DNA of 64,000 nt from Octopus sinensis (taxonomy: Eukaryota). Positions within the stretch are counted from its first letter, which is position 1. Each line of letters starts with the position of its first letter. The notes under the pieces were generated by a model that saw nothing but the letters and a program-made list of their open reading frames with translations, was not told the DNA's origin and did no database searches. Of this stretch, positions 48,568 to 63,200 are shown in pieces. The stretch is taken from NCBI RefSeq assembly GCF_006345805.1, contig NC_042997.1, forward strand, positions 102,548,001 to 102,612,000, written 5' to 3'. Position numbers and translations under genes: made by a program.

Positions 48568-51274
48568 TTAGTGGCTATTACCAAGCTTTGTTTAAATCTC
48601 CTTTCTTAGGTTCTGTAATTTCAGAATAATTTGGGATTACACTCTTTATGTGCAGCTTTCCTATTTATTCAAATATTATTTTGTGTCAACATTACTTCTC
48701 TAATCATCCAGACAAGAGGTTTAGGAATCTGAGATTGTTGTTTGCAAGACTAGAACATTTTTGGAAGATTATTAAGTGTTTAAGGAATTTATAGAAAATT
48801 TAACTGGAGTTACAATAAGAGTATTTGTGCTGCTACTCTGTGTATCCGTTGAAGGTTAAATTATTTTAACGAGATATATACTCTATTGTCATAAATTTTA
48901 GATAAATCTTGAGATGAATTTTCACAATTAGTGCCAGTGTAGCTGTGTGGTAAGAAGTTTGCTTCCCAACCAGACGGTTTCAGGTTCAGTCCTACTGTGT
49001 GGCATGTTGGGCAAGTGACTGAATTTGGTAGACAGAAACTGAAAGCTCTTCATATGTATTAATGTTTTTCCCCACCCACCACTTGACAGCTGGCATTAGT
49101 GTGTTTTCGTCTCTGTAATTTTGCAAGTTGGCAAAGGAGATTGATAGAGTAAGTACCAGGCTTAAAAAAAAGTAAGCACTGGGCTCAGTTTGTTCAATTA
49201 AAATTCCTCAAGGCAGTGCCCCAGCATGGCTACGATCTAATGATTGAAACCAGTAAAAGATAAATAGTATCATGCTTCTATCCTGAATGACTGTTTCACA
49301 TTGTAACTGTCATTGTTATTATGTCTGCTTTTTCCATGCTGGTATGGGTTAGATGAGACTTGAGTCAGTTTTCTATGGCCAAATTCCATTCCTGATGCCA
49401 ATCCCATTTCTCTTTTATTTCAAATGTACTGTATTCCACAACGTTATAACAGAACTGTCAAAATTTTATGTAGAATAAGCATCATCACCACTAACTGAAC
49501 AGTGTCAATGTGAATATAAACACATACATAAAGAAGTGGTAAGAAATTTGTTACCTGACCACATGGTTCCATGTTCATGTTCAATCTCACTGAGTGATAC
49601 CTTGGTTAAGTGTCTTTCACTATAACCTAGCAAGTAGATTTGATAGATGGAAACTGAAAGAAGCTTTGTGCAGGTGACACATAAAACATCATTTGAGCGT
49701 GGCTGTTGTCAGTACCGCCTGACTGGCCCTCCTGCTGGTGGCACATAAAAGCACCCACTACATTTTTGGAGTGGTTGGCGTTAGGAAGGTCATCAATCTG
49801 TAGAAACTCTGCCAGATCAGATTGGAGCCTGGTGCAGCCATCTGGCTCACCAGTTCCCAGTCAAACCGTCCAACCCATGCTAGCATGGAAAGCAGACATT
49901 AAACGATGATAATATATATGTTTGTCATTGTCTCCCACCACTTAGCAACTGGTATTGGTGTATTTACATCTCCATAACATAGTGACTCAGCAAAAGGGCT
50001 CGACAGGATAAGTACCAGGCTTTACAAAAAAATAAGTACTGGTGTTGATTCATTTGACTAAAAATTCTTCAAGGCAATGTCTCAGCATGGCTGCAGTCCA
50101 ATGACTGAAACAAGTAAAAGATATATAACAATATTCCCATATAGTTTGTGTCCATCAAATTTCACTTATAAGGTTATGGTCAACTTAAAGTAGAAGACAC
50201 CTGCTCATTGTTAAATTATAATTGATCTCTATGTGAAAGATCAAAAGCAACATTGTTTTATTTTAGTCCCAGAGTAACTCTGAACAAACCTGTGGTACAC
50301 AAGACATTCAGTTGTCTTAAGAGCATTCTACAGATCTATTATTTCAAATATATGAGACCTCTTTCTACTGGAGGACCTTACTATGCATTCTGACACTCAT
50401 TTGTCATATGGGGTGCTGGGTATCAATCAAGAAAAGTTCCTTCCCTAACCAAAGAAAGACCAGATGGCTTTAGTTAATATTTGCATGTCAGTAGTACATT
50501 ATCATCCTTTAATGTCCATTTTCCATGTTGGGGGTAAATGAGATTATTGATAGTGCTGCTATTTTAGGATGTATGTTTTAGAAAGGAGGTGGTGTAGTGT
50601 TTGAGAGTGATATTGTAGTGATATGGCTGTGAGAATTGGAATTATCCATGGGAACAAACAACTCCCTCTTCACATGTTCAGGTGGTCTTTCATTCTGAGT
50701 GTTTTCACTGAGTAGGTAACCTGGGTGAAACTTGTGATGATGCACAGTGCATAATTTTGTTCTTTGTAACAGCTTTTGAGGTCCAGGTATGAGTAGCATG
50801 ATTCATGACAAAGTAGACCAATGTCTTCAGCTGCAATTCCAGAACATCAAGTGACTATGAAAAGGCCTTCTAGTTTGTTAACATCATCCTTATTTTCATT
50901 GCTGCCACTAATGTTAAAATGGTATTTGAGCAAATTTCTAAGTGACTCCTGTTGTATGATAGAGAGTATTAAATTACATATATCTTTCAGTCATTGTATT
51001 GAAAATATTAATTTGAATTTTCTTAACTCTTGAACAGACCTGAAAAAAATTCCTTAAGAAATAAACAGCTTTACAGTTTCATAAAGAAGAATAAGTGTTT
51101 AAGTACTGTAGATCAACCTAAGTTTAATAGAGGCTAAACTAAAGGAAATAATTCATGCTTGTTTATATTTCCCAAGCTTTCATAGATAGCTAATATACAT
51201 TTGACACACTCCTTTAAAAAAAAATGTACAATAAAATTCTAGACACAAGCCAACACATAAAATCTGAAACTATT

Positions 51275-54200
51275 TTATTTATTAGATGATTTCTTTGGAA
51301 CTTTCTTTCGTTTTCCAGGAAACTCCTTTGAAACTCTTTTCTTTTTCCCAGGGAACTCTCTTGAAGCTTTCAACTTTGTTTTTGAAATTCCGTTTGGTAA
51401 ATTAGAATTATTTTTGTTCCTAAAAAAAAAATGTTTCAGTTGGAACAATAGATGAAAAGGATTAAAATGACCGTGAAAGATTAAAACACAATTTATATAA
51501 ACCGTGTGCAGTTGAAAAAAAAACTGACTCTAAATGAATTAAGTCTTATATGAGGTCAATACCATTGATCCCAGTACTTATTTTATCAACGTCAAAAAGA
51601 CGAAAAGCAAAGTTGACCTCAGTGGGATTTGAACCCAGAACATAAAGAGTTGGAAAAAATACAAGGTATCTGGTCCAGTGCACTAATGATTCTACTAATT
51701 CACTACTTTTATTCCTATTAAGTAATACTGAAATTACACATAGCAGCATTCCTAATATGAACATGACAAGCGTTAATAAACAACTTAACATGGATTAAAA
51801 GCTAACAAATAATATTGAATCTATTATGTTTGTGTTGGTAAGTTGGTGTGATCTAAGGAGCCATGAGTTCTGTGCGGGATTCTTCTAAGGAATTAGAAAA
51901 GTGTTGGGAGGCTGGCTAGCTTACCATCAAGCTTACTAAATCAGAAAACATGCTCCCTTAATTAGGGTTTAAAATTTATAACTCTTTGGTGATGTACTAA
52001 AAATGGTGATTTCGCTACAAAGCATTACTGTAGAGAATTTTTTAGCTTAAAATTTCTGATGATATGTTTTCATCTGCTTGGGTTTTAACTTAAAGCAAAC
52101 TTTACAGCTAGATTGATTTTTATATATTCATAACATGTTATGCAAATGATCTCATGATCTGCAACTTCAGAAAATCAGCCAGCTACCCAGTCACTTATCA
52201 GTCTGATGGGCACATAAGCCAGATTTACTACCTCCTCACTAGGTAATGAGATAGATGGATGCTTAAGTCTTTCCCAGGTGAAGAGTGTACAACCCAACAT
52301 AGTTTACTCGTTAGTGACTTCAGAATTAGAGCTAGAAAGATTCATAGAAATAAACCAATCTGGAAAAGAAGACTATGGAAGCTCAAAGACCCAGCAAAAA
52401 GACAAAAAGTTAGAGATTTCCTAACAGAAGCTTCTGATGAAAGAGAGGAAGAGTTGGGGACAATTGGAAGTTCCTGTGGGACAATCTATTGAGGGCTACA
52501 GATGAAATCTGTGGTTGGTGCAGAGTCCCAGCTAGACCAAAGGTGACATGGTAGTAGAACAAGGAGGTAGACAGTGCTATAAATGCAAAAAAACAGGCTT
52601 GGAAAGACAAAAAAAAAAAAGGTTTAAGCAGAGAATTATATCAGGTTGCCAAAAGGGCAGCTAGGCGTCAGGTTTACATAGCAAAAGGAATAGCTGAAGG
52701 TAAGAAATTTACAAATGTACTACAGTGTGATGTGTTCAGGATTGCAAAGCATCCTGTGCACACTGTAAAGTGGTTGGCATTTGGAAGGACATCCAGCTGT
52801 AAAAACTTTGCCAAAACTGACCGTGCCTGTGCTTGTGCCATGTAAAAGGCACTAAGTCCACTCTGCTCAGTGGTTGGTGTTAGGAAGGGCATCCAGCTGT
52901 AAAAATCCTGCCAAAACAGTCACAGAAGTATGGTGCAGCCTGGCTGGCTCTTGTACCATTCCACCCATGCCAGCATGTAAAGTGGATGTTAAACAATAAT
53001 GATGATGATTACATCTTAGCTTAACTTAAATATTATTGAATTGTTTCATACAAGCAATTTTGAAAAAATGGATGCTGCAGTCAAACAACAATATTCACCT
53101 TGTAAACATTACGGTGAATAATAAATGAAAATGTATTTGATAAAAATATCAAAATATGCTTTTTTGTGCATTTCTTTGCCATCAACACAAACAAGAGAAG
53201 TAGTTTGATGAATCTAAATGAAAATACACAACAACCAACCTGATTAAAAATTTTTTATATAAAAAAACTTTACCTTTTTAATTTCTTTTTATTTTCTCTA
53301 AGGGAAGTAGAAATGCTTTTTCGCTTGGGATTTTTCTGAGCCATTTTTCTGCGGTCTTTCCTGCAAGAGTAAAAGGCAGTGAAACAGAACCTAATAATAT
53401 TTGAATAAAACCTATAATCAAAAGTCAGTAAAGTAAATGAGTTGACATGGTTAGTGTTTAAGATAACTGCTTAGATTCAAATGGACTCTATCGTAAAAGT
53501 TCAGGTATGCCAGTCAATTTCAATAAGGTTAAAAAAATAGTGATCTGCTTTCTTCATTATTACCACCATCTCATTTCATCTCATCAGTTCAGTTCATTTG
53601 GTTTTGTCTGTTTTTCCATGCTGGCTTGGGTTTGATGAAACTTGTTGAAGTAGATATTTACGGATGCATGCTTTTTCTGTTGCTGATACTTACTTGCTTT
53701 TTAAGCTAGATATGTTTTCATTCCATGGGTCCTTCACACACTGAAAGCTGAAAGTGCAAGACTTTTGTTTCCTGGAGAGTGTAAACAAAAACACTCTTAT
53801 TTTGCTCAGATGTTTTTAATTAGGATGTGTGGGAAGGCATGTGCACACTTACACGTATGTGTGTGTGTGTATATATATATATATATACATACATGCATAC
53901 ACTGGCCCTCATGCCAGTGGCACGTTAAAGCACCCACTACATTCTCGGAGTGGTTGACGTTAGGAAGGTCATCCAGCTGTAGAAACTCTGCCAGATCAGA
54001 TTGGAGCCTAGTGCAGCCATCTGGTTCACCAGTCCTCAGTCAAATCGTCCAACCCATGCGAGCATGGAAAGCGGACGTTAAGCAATGATGATGATGATAT
54101 ATACATACACATGTATCACAGGCTTCTCAGTTTCCTTCTACCACTACTCAATTCTGTTCACAATGCATTGGTCAATCCTGAAGCTACATTAGAAGACATG

Positions 54201-57200
54201 CCGAAAGAGCTATGCAGTGAAACTGAATCTAGAACCATGTGATTGATGTTTCTGAAATTTATAAGCCCCCTAAACATTAAATGATCAACCGTGGCAGAAT
54301 TTGGCAGGAAACAATAAAAGGATATAAATTATTATCCTTGCCATCAAGAATAATAACCATGAACTGGATTAAAGTAGACAGACTTACTTGCTAGGACGTT
54401 TTAGTTTCAACATATACTCTGGAACAGGACAACCAGCACCATGCATAACAGTGGCAATACTGTAAACAATAAATGCATACTTGATATAAACATCACCATA
54501 TGTCTAAATATCCATGACATTATTAATAATGTTATAATTTTCTGGAGTATTAACATCATCTTTAAATACAAACTCTTTTTTTCAGATTTACATCTGTTTC
54601 AATCCCTGATCATTATGTGTCTTATTTCTGTATCTATGAGTGACCTAAAAGATAGGAATGTTATTGTTGTTGGTAAAGTTATAAATGTTCCTAGCTCAAA
54701 TCTAATCAGGTATTACTGTACATGTCCAGGAATGAGATCCCTGATGAGAATTAGAAATGAAAATAATTAAAAACAGTGTAGATATCAATATAAAAAAGTT
54801 TCATCTCTACAGATAAGCTGAGGCTAATAGTCTAAAAAATTAATTTTATAAGGCATGTATTCCTAAAATAGACAATATATGTTGTCACCATCTAAAAACA
54901 GAAAAAATTGTAGTAGTAATAGTAGTAATTAGATAAGAGATGGTATTACAACTCACCTTCGCAAATACTCAACATCGTCTTCAACAAAGAATGTAATAGC
55001 CTTGCCTTGTCTTCCAGCACGTCCAGTACGACCTGCACAAGAACACAAAAGAATATTTTTTCTCTTATAAATATAAGGTTTTTAAAGTGTTAGAAAAAGG
55101 TTAAACTATTAGCTCATCATCATCCATGCTGATACAGGTTGGAGAGGTCTGCCATATAGTATGTGATTTCTCTTGATCTTGTTTTGTTTGAGAGGCCTAA
55201 TATCTTCAGAAGAGGGCTCATCACTTCTTCAAATGTCTTTATTTTCCACAGCTATTCTCCAGTCAGTACAGGGAACTTTTTCACAAAACGTACAGCACAC
55301 ACACATTTAACAAGCCATTCAACTACCATGCAACATCACAGTTCTAACAAGCTTAATACAATCTACCATTTCCTCTGAGGGGCAAAAACACTTTTGTTGC
55401 CAGCAGTGTTAGTAGCTTCCTGAACTTTTCCAACTTGTTCTTACCTTGCTAGTATACTTTCAGAGCAACCACCTTTCCTGCTAATTACATTACCAAGGTA
55501 ACAAAAGCTATCAAATACTTCTAATGAGCCACCTGGGTGTTTAAGAGAATGTATTTCCAGTGTGCTCTTCATACAAACTAGTCCAGTGCATCTGACACAT
55601 AAAACTTACTTTTATGTTTCTAGTTCAAATCCAATTAGGTATTACTGTACATGTCCAGGAATGAGACCCCTGCCTGTGATTCCACTATCTCTCTTGTATC
55701 AATAGTTTATAAACTCAATACAATGGGGACAGTGTATGAAGTTTATGCCTAGTTCTCTGCATATCGAGAAAGGTATTTTTCCTGAAGATACCAGAATGAA
55801 GTAAATTACTTGTTTACAATTTATTACAGTTGATTATAGAGACAGTGAATGGACAAGCTAATATACTGGACAACTAACCATAAAATTTGTAGATCATACA
55901 TATCCTGAAACAGATATTGTATTGTGTTAATGATCAAGACAGTCAACTCTTAAAGGGCTGAGCAGAAAGGTAACAATCTAAAAATTCATGGAATTGATAT
56001 GGCTTATGATCGACTCAAACTTTTGCAGATGTCTGTAGGATAAGAAGTGACAAAAAGGGGTTTCCAAGAATTGTTCTAAAATTGGAAAATGCTAAATAAT
56101 ACAGTGTGAGAATGAGATGGGTAGAGATCGGAGTATCAAGTAGTGTAGATTGTAAATGAAATAATAAAGAGAAGCCATTGTAGTTTCATTTTAGGAAGAA
56201 GAGATGGAAGGACAAAGTATATCAGTTGACTAAAAGATGTGCTGTGTTGGTGAGCCATAATTTGTTTCTTAGGCAAATGGACTTGTTTTGAATGTTATCA
56301 AGCACATTTATTTGAGTGATTTCTTATTTATAAGTTATTTTCCTAGGATTCAGAAACACACATCATCATCATTGTTTTAATGTCCACTTTTCCATTCTTG
56401 CACGGGGCAGATGGAATTCATTTTAGTAGATTTTCTAATGTTGGATCACCTTCCTGAGACCAACCTTCACTTGTTTCCAAACAAGGTAAAAAAATACTTC
56501 TACACAACTGGGTGTGTTTTTATGGAAGATTTGAAACAAATAACATTGCTTGTATCACAGGGACACTCATTTACAGCTATCACAAGATACCAAAATGAGG
56601 AAACATAATACATATACTATGATGTGGTTCTTTCAGTTTCCATCTACCAAATCCAATCAAAAGACTTTGGTTCAGTTTGGGGTTGTAGAATACACTTGTC
56701 CAAGGTGCCATAGAGTGGAACTGAACCTGAAGTTACATGGTTGGGAAAAAAACTTCTTACTACATGGCATTGCCTGTGTCTATATATGAACAAAGTTTTG
56801 CAAGAAACTTACCAATTCTGTGAATATAACTAATGGCACTGGTTGGAAAATCATAATTGACTACCAGGTTTACACCTTTGAAATCGATACCTCGTCCCAT
56901 GAGCTCAGTACAAATAAGAACCCATATTTTGCCTTCACGGAAACTTGATACAACATTTTCTCTCTGAAAAGAAGAATGGAATAAAAAAAAAAAAAGATGA
57001 CTTAAGTAAACTACACTTAAGAACATCAACTCTATTTTGAGAACAAACCAGGGATGAATAACAACTGAAGGAGTCTTAGAATATTAGTTTTGATCATTAT
57101 ATCTAGGGATGCTGTTTGAAACACAAACTGATTTGAATTAATTGTTAATACTTCACTTCTTCACGATTCATTAAATAAAAATATTATGATCTTATGTAGT

Positions 57201-60200
57201 ATTGTTAAAATAAAACAATGTATAGATAGTTAATTTTAATCATGTTTCAATGGTAAATATAGCATTGATGTAATATCAATAATTTATCACAACTGTCTGA
57301 CATTATCTGATGAATTTATTTAGCTTCCTTAAGAAATTGACAACCCTGAGACTTCCAGTTTTCACATATACTTTTAGAGCATTTACATGCAATTTTTCTG
57401 TGCAGCCACATGAGTAGGATGGAACCAACAATCTTTCATATTTACATGAATTGTTAGATATTTTTTACAACTTAACACTGTTCCAAATACTTAATACTTA
57501 ACCTTGATAGGTAAGAGACCTGACAAAGCTATGTGGAATAATGTAACTTACTAAGAAGTACAAGATATAACTCATGGCTCTTTATGTCAGCATTTCAGCA
57601 TTTTAAAGAAAAGCTAAGACACTCATGTTCCTCTTCGTAAACCCCATAAATTTAAATAATATGAGAAAATGAAAATTAATAATAAATAAATAACCTGAGC
57701 CTGTGAACGACCAGCATGTATAACATCAACATTTATGCCATCATAAATCAATTCTTGAAATAACTCTGTTGCACGTTCCTGGGATTGCACAAATATTAAA
57801 ACTGGAGGTTCAATACCCTGCATTAAAAATAAAAAATTAATTTGGAAAAGCTAGAGACAGTATAATAAGTAAAAGAAATTGAGAAAAGCTATATAACACC
57901 AGATCAACATATTCAGCTTGGATTACAAAATCTACATTTATACAATGGATAGGAATTTAGACAGCAACCTACAGAAATCATCATCATTTTTACATCCACT
58001 TTTCCATATTTGCATAGATTGGACAAATCTGTACAAGGAAGAACACTGATAATCTGTTGAGATTATTGATAAACAAAAGATTTAAGGTTTACAAGAAAAG
58101 AAAAGATTTATTCTTTTCATAAACAGAAAAATGTTGTTACTATCAATGGCAAAACATTGAAAGAGTTTGAATGTTATTGTTAATGTGGTTGTAGCAGTAA
58201 TCAAAGTGGTGCTGGTGTTGCTGTTGCCATTCGCTCATTGTTTAGCTGCTGTCAGTTTCGGTCAGCAGCTGTCTGCAGTCTCCTGATTGTCTAATTTTTG
58301 CTGTCTCACAATGCTCTTTCTGTCTATGTAGCTAAGGTGCACTGAATTTATAGTGATGGGTAGGCTCAGAAAAAAGTGCAACAAAAGATTAAATTGTTGC
58401 TGGAGTCAGTTCCACACAAAGTCTTGATTGGTCAGATTTTTTCAATCATGGTTAATATTCTAGTGAATCATAACACTGGATGTTGATGATGATGATGACA
58501 GGTACACAATAATAGACCATGTAGAGAAGAGTACATGTTCAATCTTCAACATTGCACCCATATAGTTAACCAATAGAAATTAGAGTGCTCTTCACACTAA
58601 TTCAACTGTGGTGGGAACCTGTAGAAGCAGTAGACCCAGGAAAACATGGGATGAGGTGAAGCATGATCTTCAAACGTTGGGCTTCATGGAAGCAATGATT
58701 ATTAACCAAGAAGACCCGTCAAGCCAAGTGAAATCGTAGTTGTGGTCAATGCTGGTGTCACATAACTGGCACCCATGCCAGTGGCATGTAAAAACCACCT
58801 ATTGGGTGTTGGGCCTCATGGAGGTAATGTAGCTGATGCTAGTGTTGCATAAGTAGCACCTGTGCTGGTGGCATGTAAAAAGCACCTTTCGAGCATTGAT
58901 CCTCAAGGAGGCAATGTGGCCAACACAAGTGTTGTGTAACTAGCACCTCTGCTGGAGGCATGTAAAAAGCATTTTCGAGCATTGGGCCTCAAGGAGGCAA
59001 TGACAAATGACAGAGACCTTCAGCATGAGAAGAAGACTCATCAAGCCAAGTGAAATCATAGATGTGATAGATACTGGTGTCACACAACTGGCATGTAAAA
59101 ACACCCATTACACTCTCGGAGTGGTAGGCGTTAGGAAGGGCATCCAGCCTTAGAAACCTTGCCAAATCAGACTGGCTTCTAATGCAGCCCTTCAGCTTGC
59201 CAGCTCTGTCAAACCGTTCAACCCATGCCAGCATGGACAACAGATATGAAATGCTGATGATAATATATACCCTCTCTATATATTCACATATATGAGGAAA
59301 TGTGAACCCACAAGTCATAGCGAAGGCAACTAGCCATGAATAATCCAGAGTGTAGATGGGTTCTATAGTCTTACTGTAGAAAACCTCTCCAGTACCTGTG
59401 ACCTGATAAAATGAGCCCAATCTATACTATAAAGTGGTAGGCAAGAGGAAGGGCATTCAGTTATTAAAAATCATTGCAATGTATATTCAAAAAGAAACAT
59501 TAAAAAATGATATACATGTTAAACCAATCATAAATATCATTAAATCAACATACCTTTTGCACTATATCCCTCAAAGCAAAGAGCTTGCCACTTTCAGACC
59601 CAACAAACATCAGTTGTTGTTCAACTGTTTCTGTAGCAGTGTTCCTAGAGAGACAGGATGAGACTGTTATAAAGAACTATTATGCATTTAAATCAAGATA
59701 TAAAACGGACAATAAGGAATGAAAACTGAAAAAGTTATTAACTTACTTGCCACCAATGTAGACCTGTATCACATCATTTAGACTCTTCTTACACCACTGT
59801 TCAACATCATGGGCAAAAGTAGCACTAAACATGGCTCTACGGATATTTGGAGAGTCACATGCTTTGTAGATAACACCAAGCTGAAGAAAATAAACATTAT
59901 TGAAATTTTTAAAAATAGTAATTGGTTGAGTATAGTTTGGTGCATTATTCACGAGTTTAGTTCTTTTCGTACCAACCTGCCTGAGGCTGACTCTGGTCCT
60001 GATACAGAACAGGCTGTTTTAAAGTACTTATATTTAAATTAAACCCTTCCAATATAATTTAACATTAGAATCTCTTGTTAAGTTGTATTCCAAGTACTAC
60101 CTAAATAATAAAAAATGTTGGTTAAACCCGGCCAAATTCTTGATTATTTTCAAAATTAAATGAAATGCATTGATAGTGTACTTCATTAGTAGATATGGCT

Positions 60201-63200
60201 ATAGAATAATTAAATTACACAAAGGTTGACAGACCACTAATTTCATTAAGAAGCATCTGAGAAAAACTTCTTCCAGAATTCTATGGGTTAAAATAAACAA
60301 CAAAAAAACATGTCAAATAGAGCATCCACTCTATACAGTAGTAAAGTTTGCAACTTAAGTGTCTTTGCTAAGGACTCAGTCAAGTGCTGACAACAAACTA
60401 GGTTTTCAGCTTTCCTTTTATTGAGTTTTGAAATTACATTTTTTCCTGTCTCTCATTTTTTTTAAAGGTTTATTTTAGTGTGTTCACTGCATAAAAGTGT
60501 TTATATGGTGGACAGGCAGAATAAACCAAAAGTTTAGACAATCAGAATATAGAAATACCTGGTCGCGGAATCCTGTTTTACCATCTTCAAACAATTTGTC
60601 AGATTCATCTATGATAAGCCATTCAACACTGAAAGAAAATAGTAATAATAACAATAATACTTTCTATTACAAGCACAAAGCTTGAAATTTTTTTTGGTTG
60701 GGTGGAATTAGTTAACTGAACTAAACTCAGTACTCAACTAATATTCATTTCATTGACTTCCAAAAGGATGAAAGGAAAGTCAACCATTGTAGAATTTGAT
60801 CTCAGAATATAAAGAGGGACAAAATGCCGCTGAGCATTTCGTTCAGTGTGCTAACAATCCAGCCAGCTTGTCACCTTATTATTTTTTTATTTCCTCGGCC
60901 CAAAGCTATACTAGAAGACACTTGTTCAAGGTGCTGCACTGTACAACTGAACCCAAAACCATGTAATTTAGAAGTGAACTTTTTAATGATACAGCCATGT
61001 CTGTACATGGTCATAAATATTTAAGAATCAAGTCATAAATATTTCAACGCAGACACAAGTTGAAATTATATAATCATTTATATTTTAGTTGTTCTAGACT
61101 CAATGCATTTTATTTTAGTTTCTCTTCCTTTTCCTTGTGTTCTGTACTGTTTTGCTGCTTATCTATCTGAAACACAAAAGTACAAATTATCTACAATAAT
61201 CTGTTGAAATGACTATTCCTCTTCCCTTGAAAATCATTATTGTTTTTTAATATCATGATAATTACACACACACACACACACAAAATACAAAATCAAAGAC
61301 CAACCTGCTTAGAGAGAGGATTTTTGGTTCCTGAGAAAGGACAAAAACAAGTCTTTGAGGGGTTGTCACCAAAATATCTACAAAGAAATACAAAAGAAAA
61401 ACAGAATTAAGATTAGGCATTTCTATATAAAATTTGAAAGTGTGTCGTCTATTAGTCAGCATGTTGCACTCATGATCACATGATCATGCTTTTAATTATT
61501 AGACGGGGAAGTGTGCTGTGTTCTTCAGTAAAACACCTCACTTTATGGTGTCCATTCCACTCAGCTTTAAACGCATATCAGCAACAGCTGGGAAGTTAAT
61601 CTTGCAATGGACTGGCATCCTGTAGCAATTACAATTACATATACACCAAACTCTAATTGAACTTATTAATATTATTATTATAATTAATTATATGTCTCAT
61701 AGGTACTTAAGAGATCTGTAATTTTGGACAAGGATAGCTGTGTAAAGAAGTCTCAACCTGTAACTGTGGAGGGAATCTATGGAAGAGGTAGGCTCAGGAA
61801 GACGTGGGATGAGGTGGTAAAATTTGATCTTTGGATGTTGAGTCTCACGAAAGCAATGACAAGTGACTGAGACTTCTAGCAATTTGCTGTTCTTGAGAAG
61901 ACATGTCAAGCTAAGTGAAATCATAGTCATGGCCAGGGCTGGTGACATGTAAAAGGCACCTGGTACACTGTGGAATGGTTAGCATTAGGAAAGGCTCTGG
62001 CCGTAGAAATCAAGCCAAAACAAATTGGAGCCTGGTGCAGCTCTTTGGCTTACCAGTTCTAGTCAAACCATCTAACCCATGCCTATCCACAAGGATCTCA
62101 ATCCATGCAGTGTTAAGGTATGACATATACAAACCCACATACTAGACATACAAACATAGCAAATTTAACTATTTATCTGTTGATTGAAAGAAAAATGATA
62201 AACAGCCTTAATCAATTTTCAAACATTACTGGATTCTTTTCAGAGCTGTCTACATCATTTGATCAATCCCAGAGAAACAAGTAGGTGATCTGTTTAAATA
62301 CACAACACATATCAGCAGTCTGTGTGTCTGTGTCTGTCACCATCCACCACTTGATAGTAAATGATGATGACAACGGCAATAACTGTCTTCTGGTTTTAAA
62401 TTGTTCTACATTCTTGAAAACAATGTAATGTAGTACCAAAGTACAAACTGTAACCCTACTTTTACTAATCATCATCATCATCGTTTAACGTCCGTTCTCC
62501 ATGCTAGCATGGGTTGGACGGTTCGACTGGGGATCTAGGAAGCCAGAAGGCTGCACCAGGCTCCAGTCTTATCTGGCAATGTTTCTACAGCTGGATGCCC
62601 TTCCTAACACCAACCACTCCGTGAGTGTAGTGGGTGCTTTTTACATGCCACCTGCACAGGTGCCAGCCTCGCCTGGCAACGGCCACGGTCGGATTGGTGT
62701 ATTTTACGTGCCACCGGCACGGAAGCCAGACGAGGCGGAGCTGGCATCGACCACGAGTCGGATAGTGCTTTTTACGTACCACCAGACCAGGGATCCTGGC
62801 TGGTTCAATTCGATTTCGCTTGCCCCAACATGTCTTCGCATGCAAAGGGGGTTGGCATGGGTGCCTGTCATCGGATGAGGTTCTATATCGACTTCGCTTG
62901 CCTCAACAGGTCTTTGTGTAATGTTGTAACCATTTCACTTCAAAAATAACTTTCAAGAAAGGTACAAATGTAAGGAAATTTTATTCTTCAATAAATCTGA
63001 GACTTTTACTTGGAAAAGAAATCGGTTCTTCAATCCCTAAACTTGTGTCTGTTCTGCCATCTTCATTCTGACTTTTCATGATGAATACAAAAAAACGTCT
63101 ATATTTAGGATACAATACTCTAATCACATATACGATACCATATTAAAAGTAATTAGACTGTTTCAGCTTGTTTGGCCTCTCAGATTCACATTAAGACAAG

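Noticed and set aside
54715-54770. GTC...CTGATGA...GAAA arrangement suggesting a type III hammerhead
   Set aside because: Stem I does not close in register, and stems II and III cannot form.
58770-59105. Regularly spaced ggcatgtaaaaagcacc motifs resembling a CRISPR array
   Set aside because: The spacers are homologous to each other (tandem ~87-bp units) within an RTE 3'UTR; the context is eukaryotic and there are no cas genes.
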